A model generated the notes under the pieces. It saw nothing but the letters and a program-made list of their open reading frames with translations, was not told where the DNA came from and searched no databases. 64,000 nucleotides of DNA from a virus. Position 1 is the stretch's first letter. Every line of letters begins with the position of its first letter. The position numbers and the translations under genes were made by a program. Where the stretch lies: the IMG/VR virus record IMGVR_UViG_3300028197_000003, positions 1 to 64,000 of that record; one strand, given 5' to 3'. This document shows, in pieces, positions 63,987 to 64,000 of this stretch.

Positions 63987-64000
63987 ATGAGTATCTAATT

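Noticed and set aside
1-64000. tRNA, rRNA or photosynthesis AMG genes
   Set aside because: No T-loop/cloverleaf pattern or psbA/hli-like ORF recognised by eye; a tRNAscan/Infernal run would be needed to exclude them formally.

Overview
64-kb segment of a T4-like myovirus genome, most likely a marine cyanomyovirus (Kyanoviridae-type gene order and protein families; the host is an inference). It holds the virion morphogenesis module: gp25-gp6-gp7-like-gp8, a VrlC-like 2379-aa protein, two fibre genes, then gp13-gp14-gp15-gp16-gp17-gp18-gp19-gp20-(gp67-like)-gp21-gp22-gp23. T4-type late promoter boxes (TAAATA) and intrinsic terminators punctuate it. A ~690-bp non-coding, repeat-rich interval (623-1315) between convergent genes coincides with a sharp GC-skew flip and is a candidate replication origin. 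Two accessory islands flank the baseplate/fibre genes. Island 1 (1.3-12.8 kb) encodes six SGNH-like proteins, two sulfotransferase-fold proteins, a NodU/CmcH carbamoyltransferase, a radical SAM enzyme, a GT-A glycosyltransferase-like protein and a DUF3310-like protein. Island 2 (40.7-47.9 kb) encodes a SAM methyltransferase, a di-iron ferritin-like enzyme, two degenerate P-loop proteins, three more sulfotransferase-fold proteins and an orphan signal-peptide-less DctP. Top hypothesis (inference): these mostly late-expressed tailoring enzymes decorate the virion, and a G-[IV]-[GST]-[ST] motif recurring in many unrelated structural proteins is the target sequon. No tRNA, CRISPR array, intron, intein or homing endonuclease was recognised.
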